A DNA stretch of 64,000 nucleotides. It comes from Candidatus Niyogibacteria bacterium. GTDB taxonomy: Bacteria; Patescibacteriota; Minisyncoccia; JACROR01. Below the pieces are notes generated by a model. That model saw nothing but the letters and a program-made list of their open reading frames with translations, searched no databases and was not told the DNA's origin. Positions 57,604 through 64,000 of the stretch are shown here, one piece after another. The translations under genes and the position numbers were made by a program. The stretch lies in assembly GCA_016214345.1 (NCBI GenBank), contig JACROR010000009.1, positions 66,447-130,446 of the forward strand. The letters run 5' to 3'. The number at the start of each line of letters is the position of its first letter. Positions within the stretch are counted from its first letter, which is position 1.

Positions 57604-57709
57604 ATCCAGCACCACTTTTGTATAGTGGCGCGAAGTAGTAAAATATTGATTTAAAGTCAGAATTAAAGTAAATTTAAGTAATTATTATTTAACAAAAGTG
57701 GTGCTGGAT
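57604..57709. mobile_element. ~106-bp MITE-like element inserted between rpsH and rplF
   Basis: Perfect 18-bp terminal inverted repeats ATCCAGCACCACTTTTGT / ACAAAAGTGGTGCTGGAT flank a 70-nt AT-rich core; related fold-back copies at 39802-39838 and 42664-42700. Confidence 0.5.
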
Positions 57710-57752
57710 GCGCGATTTTCAAAGTCTCGCTCCGCTCGCTAAGAAAATCGGC

Positions 57753-58295
57753 ATGAGCAGAATAGGCAAAAAACCAATAACCATTCCAAGCGGCGTCACG
57801 GTTGCCGTAGAGGACGGCATGGTGCGAGTGAAGGGTCCGAAAGGAAATCTGTCCCGGCAATTTAAAGATGACATAAATATCGCGGTTGCGGACAAGGAAG
57901 TTGTTTGCAGCGTGCGAAAAGATTCCAAGTTGTCTTTTATTTTGTGGGGCACCTACGCTTCGCATATTAAAAATATGATAGAAGGCGTTGCCAACGGTTT
58001 TGAAAAAAAATTGGAAATAGAGGGCATCGGATACAAGGCAAAAGAGGAGAACGGTAAATTAATTTTGAATCTTGGATTTTCGCATCCCGTGGAAGTGGCA
58101 GCTCCGGCGGGAATAAAATTTACGGTGGTAAAAAATCTTATTACGGTTTCCGGAATTGACAAAGAGCTGGTGGGAGAAATGGCTGCGAAAATTCGCGCCC
58201 ACAAAAAGCCCGACCCGTATAAAGGCAAAGGAATCCATTATTTAGGCGAAGTTATCAGAAGGAAGGCCGGCAAGAAAGCCGCGGCATCCGCGTAA
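57753..58295 (+). CDS. rplF: 50S ribosomal protein L6
   Basis: Start at MSRIGKKPITIP; the ORF-track start (57708) runs into the inserted element. Confidence 0.93.
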   Translation: MSRIGKKPITIPSGVTVAVEDGMVRVKGPKGNLSRQFKDDINIAVADKEVVCSVRKDSKLSFILWGTYASHIKNMIEGVANGFEKKLEIEGIGYKAKEENGKLILNLGFSHPVEVAAPAGIKFTVVKNLITVSGIDKELVGEMAAKIRAHKKPDPYKGKGIHYLGEVIRRKAGKKAAASA

Positions 58296-58299
58296 ATTT

Positions 58300-58674
58300 A
58301 TGAAAGCGACCAAACAAGCCATGAGAATAAGGCGCCATAGGCGCGTGCGAGGCAAAGTAAGGGGATCAAAAGGCTGTCTGCGTTTTTCGGTTTTTCGGTC
58401 AAATAAGCACATTTTTTTGCAGTTGATTGACGACGATGCTAAAAAAACCGTTTTAGGTGTTGGCGATTTTGAAAAGGCAGGAAAAAAGAAAGAAGAAAAA
58501 TCCGCTAAAAAAATGACTAAAACGGATGCGGCGCGTGTGTTGGGCAAGACTTTTGCCGAAATGGCGATCCAAAAAGGCGTTAAAAAAGTGGTATTTGACC
58601 GTGGCGGTTTTGCTTATCATGGTAGAATTAAGGCTGTGGCCGAGGGAGCTCGTGAAGGAGGATTAGCGTTTTAA
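58300..58674 (+). CDS. rplR: 50S ribosomal protein L18
   Basis: Conserved L18 sequence. Confidence 0.93.
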   Translation: MKATKQAMRIRRHRRVRGKVRGSKGCLRFSVFRSNKHIFLQLIDDDAKKTVLGVGDFEKAGKKKEEKSAKKMTKTDAARVLGKTFAEMAIQKGVKKVVFDRGGFAYHGRIKAVAEGAREGGLAF

Positions 58675-58684
58675 TTCATTATAT

Positions 58685-59209
58685 ATGGCGTTTGAGGGAA
58701 AAAAATCAAAAAATCGTTTTGCGGCGAAAGATGGCGCGAAATTCACGGAGTTTGACCAAAAGATGATAGATCTGCGGAGAGTGGCGAGAGTCGTGTCCGG
58801 AGGAAGGCGTTTTAATTTCCGAGCCACGCTGATAATCGGAGACCGTCACGGCCGTGTCGGTTTAGGCATGGGCAAGGGCGCGGATACGGCAATATCCATA
58901 GACAAGGCCTTTCGAGACGCCAAAAAACATTTAATTTCCATTCCGATCACGAAAGACGGCTCCATCCCTCATGAGGTGTCTGCCAAATTCGGGCCGGGAC
59001 ATATTTTGATGCGTCCGGCGGTGGAGGGAAGAGGTATCGTGGCGGGAAGCGCGGTACGCGTGATATGCGACTTGGGAGGGATAAGGAACATAACCGCCAA
59101 AGTTTTATCCCATACCAAAAATAAGATCAATAATGCAAAGGCCACGATAGAAGCGTTAAAAAAATTTAAATATGCAACTGCACGAACTGCGTCCAACAAC
59201 AAAAAATAA
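58685..59209 (+). CDS. rpsE: 30S ribosomal protein S5
   Basis: Conserved S5 sequence. Confidence 0.95.
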   Translation: MAFEGKKSKNRFAAKDGAKFTEFDQKMIDLRRVARVVSGGRRFNFRATLIIGDRHGRVGLGMGKGADTAISIDKAFRDAKKHLISIPITKDGSIPHEVSAKFGPGHILMRPAVEGRGIVAGSAVRVICDLGGIRNITAKVLSHTKNKINNAKATIEALKKFKYATARTASNNKK

Positions 59210-59606
59210 GTCTAAGAAACGCGTAGGCCGCGGCGGGAAACGCGGTACTTTTTCGGGGCGCGGCACTAAAGGCCAAAAAGCCAGAGCCGGTCATAGAATG
59301 CGTCCGGAATTACGCGATATTTTAAAGAAATTACCCAAAAAGCGCGGTTATCGCACTCCCTCCATTCAGGACAAGCCCGCGGTGATCAACTTGCAGGTTT
59401 TAAATCAGCATTATAAGGATTCTGAAACGGTGAGCCCGAAGACTTTGGATGAAAAAGGATTGTTAAAATTAGTAGGGGGAAGGCGCCAATCGGTTAAAAT
59501 TTTGGGATCAGGAGAACTGTCTAAAAAATTATTGGTGTCTAAATGCCAGATTTCCAAATCAGCGAAAGCGGCCGTTGAAAAAGCCGGAGGCAGTGTTAGG
59601 TCATAG
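59172..59606 (+). CDS. rplO: 50S ribosomal protein L15 (no L30 gene precedes it)
   Basis: Conserved L15 N-terminus; overlaps the rpsE 3' end by 38 nt. Confidence 0.9.
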   Translation: MQLHELRPTTKNKSKKRVGRGGKRGTFSGRGTKGQKARAGHRMRPELRDILKKLPKKRGYRTPSIQDKPAVINLQVLNQHYKDSETVSPKTLDEKGLLKLVGGRRQSVKILGSGELSKKLLVSKCQISKSAKAAVEKAGGSVRS

Positions 59607-59654
59607 GTTTTAGTCCGCCAGCTGGCGGATAGGTTATAGATAGATTTATATTTC

Positions 59655-60920
59655 ATGTTTGAGAAACTTCGCATAATTTTTAAAGATTCCGATCTCCGCA
59701 AAAAGATCTTGTTTGTTTTGGGGATCTTGGTGATCTTTCGGCTGGGAGCGGCCATTCCCATCCCCGGCGTGGATATCATAAGATTGAAATCATTTTTTGC
59801 CGGTAATCAATTTTTCGGACTTTTAAATATTTTTTCCGGAGGCGCTTTGGATAACTTATCCATAGTAATGTTGGGTGTCGGTCCTTATATCACCTCTTCC
59901 ATTATTATGCAGCTTTTGACCATGATTTTTCCGAAGTTGAAGGAGCTTTATCATGAAGAGGGCGAGGCGGGAAGGCAGAAGTTCAATCAATATTCCCGTA
60001 TTTTTACTTTGCCTTTGGCGGTGCTTCAGGGTTTCGCGCTGCTTTCTTTACTGGAACGGCAGGGAGTTTTGATTAATCTTACGCTGGTGAATAGGCTGAC
60101 CAATGTGGTGGTTATTACCGCCGGCGCGTTGTTTTTAATGTGGTTGGGTGAGCTTATTTCGGAATATGGCATAGGCAACGGTGTTTCCATAATGATCTTT
60201 GCCGGTATAGTTTCCGCTATTCCACGAGCCATACGCCAAGCCTTGTTTGCTTTTACTCCCTCCATGATACCAATGCTGGTGGGATTTTTGATAGCCGCGG
60301 TGGCGACGGTAGTTGCCGTGGTGGTTATAACCGAAGGAGAGCGTCCATTGCCGGTTTCGTACGCGAAGAAGGTTCGTGGTATGAGAGTTTATGGCGGCAT
60401 GTCTACTTATTTGCCGTTAAAAGTAAATCAAGCCGGAGTCATTCCTATTATTTTCGCGTTATCTATTCTGCTGTTCCCCCAAATGATCGCCACCGCGTTA
60501 TCCGGAGTTGGTGGTTCTGCGACGCAAGCTATTTTTGGAGCCATTTTTAATTTTTTCAATAATCCTTGGATTTACGCCACGCTTTATTTTGTTTTGGTGT
60601 TTCTTTTCACTTATTTTTATACCGCGGTGACTTTTGATCCGCACGCTATTTCGGAAAATCTGCAGAAAAGCGGAGCTTTTGTTCCGGGAATCCGTCCCGG
60701 CCATTCCACCGCCGAATTTATAGAAAAAATATTGAGCCGCATTACCCTTATAGGCGCGATTTTTTTGGGGCTCATAGCGGTTTTGCCTTTGGCGGTAAGG
60801 GCTATTACCGGTCTGGCGGCATTGACCATCGGAGGCACCGCGCTTTTGATCGTGGTGTCGGTGGTCTTGGATACGGTCAAAAAAATAGAAGCGCAGGCGG
60901 TGATGAGGGAGTACGATTAA
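59655..60920 (+). CDS. secY: Preprotein translocase SecY
   Basis: 10-TM SecY. Confidence 0.95.
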   Translation: MFEKLRIIFKDSDLRKKILFVLGILVIFRLGAAIPIPGVDIIRLKSFFAGNQFFGLLNIFSGGALDNLSIVMLGVGPYITSSIIMQLLTMIFPKLKELYHEEGEAGRQKFNQYSRIFTLPLAVLQGFALLSLLERQGVLINLTLVNRLTNVVVITAGALFLMWLGELISEYGIGNGVSIMIFAGIVSAIPRAIRQALFAFTPSMIPMLVGFLIAAVATVVAVVVITEGERPLPVSYAKKVRGMRVYGGMSTYLPLKVNQAGVIPIIFALSILLFPQMIATALSGVGGSATQAIFGAIFNFFNNPWIYATLYFVLVFLFTYFYTAVTFDPHAISENLQKSGAFVPGIRPGHSTAEFIEKILSRITLIGAIFLGLIAVLPLAVRAITGLAALTIGGTALLIVVSVVLDTVKKIEAQAVMREYD

Positions 60921-60928
60921 AGTTACTT

Positions 60929-60968
60929 TTTGGATTAAAGCAAAATCATGCTCCTGCCAGAGCATTAT
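60929..60968 (+). terminator. Hairpin plus T-run after secY
   Basis: ATGCTC-CTGCCA-GAGCAT followed by TTATTTTTTT. Confidence 0.5.
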
Positions 60969-61178
60969 TTTTTTATGCGCGTAAATGATATAATATATTT
61001 TATGGATATTGAATTACAAAACTCTTATGCTCCAAAATTGATTTTTTCATCAAGCAAGGGGGAGCATTTACAACCCCCCTATTTTAGAAAGGTCGCTATC
61101 GCGACCCAAATAGAAACCCCCTTGATTGCTGAAAAAATTAATTTCTCCGCATTTAACGGAGTTTTATAATTCAAAATT

Positions 61179-61790
61179 ATGGATAAGCCTATTAATGTAA
61201 TTTTCATAGGGCGTTCGGGTTGCGGCAAGGGCACGCAAGCCGATCTTTTGAAAAAATATTTGGAAAAACAAACCGGCGAAGGCAGCGTTTTTTATATTTA
61301 TACCGGAGACGGATTGCGTGCGTTAACCAAGCGCCAAGATCTTTTGACGGCAAGGCTGGTTGACGAGAAAGTCATGAAGGCGGGCGCCAAGGCGCCGGAT
61401 TTCGTGGCAGTATGGGTGTGGGCGGGCAAGTTTGTGGAGGGAATGGATGAAAAGAAATATGTGATTTTGGACGGCTCGCCTCGCACCGTAATTGAGGCAA
61501 AATTATTGGACGAAGCCTTTAATTTTTATGGAAGAAACGCAATTTTTCCTATCTGGTTAGATGTAAGCGCCGAGGAAGTGGCTTTTCGCATGAAGAATCG
61601 CGGAAGAGCCGATGATACCGACGGCCAGATAAAAAATCGGCTGGCTTATTATGAGGAATATGTGGTGCCGGCCGTAAATTATTACGGACAGGAAAGTAAA
61701 AATAAGCTTATTCATATAGACGGCAATGTTCGCGATCCGCAATTGATCCATAAAAATATTTTGATCGCTTTGGATTTGGAAAAAGCATGA
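61179..61790 (+). CDS. adk: Adenylate kinase
   Basis: P-loop GRSGCGKGTQ. Confidence 0.9.
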   Translation: MDKPINVIFIGRSGCGKGTQADLLKKYLEKQTGEGSVFYIYTGDGLRALTKRQDLLTARLVDEKVMKAGAKAPDFVAVWVWAGKFVEGMDEKKYVILDGSPRTVIEAKLLDEAFNFYGRNAIFPIWLDVSAEEVAFRMKNRGRADDTDGQIKNRLAYYEEYVVPAVNYYGQESKNKLIHIDGNVRDPQLIHKNILIALDLEKA

Positions 61791-62545
61791 AGATCAAAAC
61801 AGAAAATGAACTTCGTATTTTGCGGGAAGGCGGCAAACGGCTGGCCCTGATTTTGCAAAAAATTTCGGAAAAAGTGGCGCCGGGAATTTTGACCGTGGAA
61901 TTAGATCAATACGCCGAAGAGCTGGTGCTGGCGTCCGGCGGCATTCCGTCTTTTAAGGGTTATCGTACCGGTGGAGCGCGTTTTCCATATCCGGCGGTTC
62001 TCTGCACTTCCATAAACGATGAAATAGTGCATGCCATTCCGGGACCCCGCGCATTGCAAAGCGGCGATATTATAGGTTTGGACATAGGCATGTGTTGGGA
62101 AGGATTATACACGGATACCGCGATAACCGTTCCGGTTGGCGTAATTGATTCCGAATCCCAGAAATTAATCGCGGTTACGCAGAAGTCCTTAATTAAGGGG
62201 ATTGACGCGCTATGCGCGGGATGTCATTTGGGAGATGCGGGCAATGCTATACATTCGTATGTTAAGGCTCATGGATTGGATGTGGTGCGGGAATTGGTGG
62301 GACACGGCGTGGGCAGAGCGGTGCACGAAGATCCGGAAGTCCCCAATTGGGGGCGGAGCGGTTTCGGAGAATTGATTGAAGAAGGCGCGGTATTGGCGTT
62401 AGAGCCGATGGTAGTGTTGGGCGATCCTAAAATAAAATTAGGCAAGGACGGCTGGGCGTGGTTGACGGCGGATGGTTTGCGCTCGGCTCATTTTGAACAT
62501 ACGGTGGTGGTGACCAAAAAAGGAGCGGAGATATTAACGCAATAA
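61787..62545 (+). CDS. map: Methionine aminopeptidase type I
   Basis: Conserved metal-ligand residues; usual position after adk. Confidence 0.9.
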   Translation: MKIKTENELRILREGGKRLALILQKISEKVAPGILTVELDQYAEELVLASGGIPSFKGYRTGGARFPYPAVLCTSINDEIVHAIPGPRALQSGDIIGLDIGMCWEGLYTDTAITVPVGVIDSESQKLIAVTQKSLIKGIDALCAGCHLGDAGNAIHSYVKAHGLDVVRELVGHGVGRAVHEDPEVPNWGRSGFGELIEEGAVLALEPMVVLGDPKIKLGKDGWAWLTADGLRSAHFEHTVVVTKKGAEILTQ

Positions 62546-62612
62546 TTTTCAATGATCAATTTACAATTTTCATTAAATTTTCAATATTTCAATTTTTAAA
62601 TTATTACCGTAA

Positions 62613-62999
62613 TTGAAAATTATGCGCTACCTAGGTATTGATTATGGAGAAAAAAGAATAGGTGTGGCTCTGACCGATGAGGGCGGACGCATGGCTTTTC
62701 CTTATGGGATAATAAGCCATGACGCCAAAATTTTTAGACGAATGCGCGAACTCTGCGAAAAAGAAGCGGTGGGCAAGATCGTTTTGGGGTTGCCCTTGGA
62801 TTTACAAGGTAGAGAAACCGCGATGACCAAACAAGCGCGCGATTTCGGCCATAAATTGCGTGAAGAGACGGGTTTGGAAATAATTTTGCAGAACGAAATG
62901 CTTTCCACCAAAGAAGCGGAACATTTTCAGGGGCATCATGCCAAAATTGACGCTTCCGCCGCCGCGCTTATTTTGGATAGCTATCTCAAAAAGGGGTGA
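62613..62999 (+). CDS. ruvX: YqgF/RuvX putative pre-16S rRNA nuclease (Holliday-junction-resolvase-like)
   Basis: LGIDYGEKRIGVALTD. Confidence 0.8.
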   Translation: MKIMRYLGIDYGEKRIGVALTDEGGRMAFPYGIISHDAKIFRRMRELCEKEAVGKIVLGLPLDLQGRETAMTKQARDFGHKLREETGLEIILQNEMLSTKEAEHFQGHHAKIDASAAALILDSYLKKG

Positions 63000-63012
63000 T
63001 ATAATAAATAAT

Positions 63013-63756
63013 ATGAACAGCGGAGAGATCTTTTTGTCGGTAATTATTCCGGCTTATAACGAAGAGCGGCGCATAGGCAAAACCTTGGAAAAAATATCCG
63101 CGCATCTTTCGCGCCAGACTTATACTTATGAGATCATGGTAGTTTGCGATGGTTCCAAAGATAAAACGGCGGATGTGGCGCGCGGCATGGCGGGAAGAAT
63201 TTTTAATTTGTCGGTGATTGATCGCAAGGAGAATCGCGGTAAGGGTTATACGGTAAGGGAAGGCATGATAGCTAGTCGCGGCAGAATAAGACTTTTTACG
63301 GACGCGGATAATTCCACGGATATTTCTCATTTTGATAAAATGCGTCCGTTATTTGACGGAGGTTGTGATGTGGTTATCGCTTCCCGGAACCCGCGCGATG
63401 CGGTGGAGGCGCGCCAAGACGTGCCGCAAGGCGCGTTAAAGCGCCTGTTGGGGCATATGGGTAATATTTTCATACAAATGGTCGCGGTGCGCGGCATTTG
63501 GGATACGCAGTGCGGATTCAAAGCTTTTCGCGATCACGCGGCGAAAGCCATATTTTCTAAAAGCCAAATTGACCGCTGGGGTTTTGATATTGAGGCATTG
63601 GCCTTGGCGCGCCAACTGCGTTATAAAATAGGCATTATTCCCGCTTTTTGGCAGAACGATCCGGAAAGTCATGTAAAAATGTCCGCTTATTTTCAGGTAC
63701 TTTGGGAAACGGTCCGCGTAAGATGGTATATTATGAGCGGCAAATACAATTTATAA
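63013..63756 (+). CDS. Family 2 glycosyltransferase (polyprenol-phosphate sugar synthase-like)
   Basis: LSVIIPAYNEE...; DXD region TDADNS. Confidence 0.75.
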   Translation: MNSGEIFLSVIIPAYNEERRIGKTLEKISAHLSRQTYTYEIMVVCDGSKDKTADVARGMAGRIFNLSVIDRKENRGKGYTVREGMIASRGRIRLFTDADNSTDISHFDKMRPLFDGGCDVVIASRNPRDAVEARQDVPQGALKRLLGHMGNIFIQMVAVRGIWDTQCGFKAFRDHAAKAIFSKSQIDRWGFDIEALALARQLRYKIGIIPAFWQNDPESHVKMSAYFQVLWETVRVRWYIMSGKYNL

Positions 63757-63762
63757 AATCGC

Positions 63763-64000
63763 ATGAAAAAGTTAATTTCGGAATTTAGACAGGACATGGT
63801 AAGCGGTGATTGGATACTGGCGGCTTCGCGCCGCGGCAGAAGACCTAATGTTTTTGATCACAAGAAACACGTTTTTAGGAAATCAGTTCCTAAAAGAAAT
63901 TGTCCTTTTGACGATCCCCAAAAAGGTGGCAATTCAGCTCCGGTTTTATGGTACGGCTCGGATCATTTAGCGGCCGGAACGAAAAAACGTGGTTTCAAAG
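63763..64000 (+). CDS. Galactose-1-phosphate uridylyltransferase-like (GalT/HIT-like) protein, 5' partial (continues beyond the window)
   Basis: N-terminus ...DWILAASRRGRRP matches the GalT N-terminal region. Confidence 0.45.
   Translation, partial: MKKLISEFRQDMVSGDWILAASRRGRRPNVFDHKKHVFRKSVPKRNCPFDDPQKGGNSAPVLWYGSDHLAAGTKKRGFK

Noticed and set aside
60948-61169. 73-aa ORF in the secY-adk spacer
   Set aside because: It spans several hairpins and a likely terminator and has no SD. I treated the region as non-coding and structured instead.
1-64000. CRISPR array, prophage/integrase, transposase, toxin-antitoxin pairs
   Set aside because: No direct-repeat/spacer arrays, no recognisable integrase, transposase or reverse-transcriptase ORFs, and no canonical TA pairs were seen. 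The mobile signals are limited to short MITE/REP-like repeats.

Overview
This looks like an origin-proximal chromosomal segment of a small, low-GC bacterial genome, most likely Candidate Phyla Radiation / Patescibacteria; that assignment is an inference from gene content only. Supporting traits are a str-S10-spc ribosomal operon without L30, a Zn-ribbon S14, a tRNA without encoded CCA, a type IV pilus ATPase, and many small secreted or membrane proteins. Reading left to right on the + strand the window contains six blocks. (1) A T4SS/conjugation-like cluster: a split VirB4-family ATPase, a small membrane protein bracketed by perfect 16-bp inverted repeats, a secreted repeat protein, a VirB2/TrbC-like pilin with a Cys-rich C-terminal domain, and a membrane-anchored beta-propeller-like protein. 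(2) The classical replication-origin neighbourhood rpmH-rnpA-yidD-yidC-jag (minus strand) facing dnaA-dnaN (plus strand). Here dnaA carries a frameshift and an internal loss of about 95 aa. (3) Housekeeping genes: PBP1A, tyrS, ruvC, yebC, ruvB, pilB, tsaE, polA, holA, rpsT, ruvA, murE. (4) A ferric-reductase-TM / ApbE / FNR-like flavin module and an archease-RtcB RNA-ligase pair. (5) An accessory-looking stretch at 35-40 kb: tandem small ORFs, a 2H phosphoesterase, a PaaX-like gene flanked by direct repeats, a DEDD-exonuclease::WYL fusion, a YkuK/DUF458 protein and tRNA-Lys(CUU). (6) rpmB, two tandem M50 metalloproteases, then rpsL-rpsG-fusA-tuf-rpsJ...rplO-secY-adk-map, followed by ruvX, a GT2 glycosyltransferase and a partial galT-like gene. 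Unannotated signals I consider most notable are a candidate ~185-nt structured ncRNA with a perfect sigma70-consensus promoter and a 19-bp closing helix (18.0-18.2 kb), two ~100-bp MITE-like insertions inside the ribosomal-protein operon, and several families of short dispersed palindromic repeats, some of them lying in-frame inside coding sequences.
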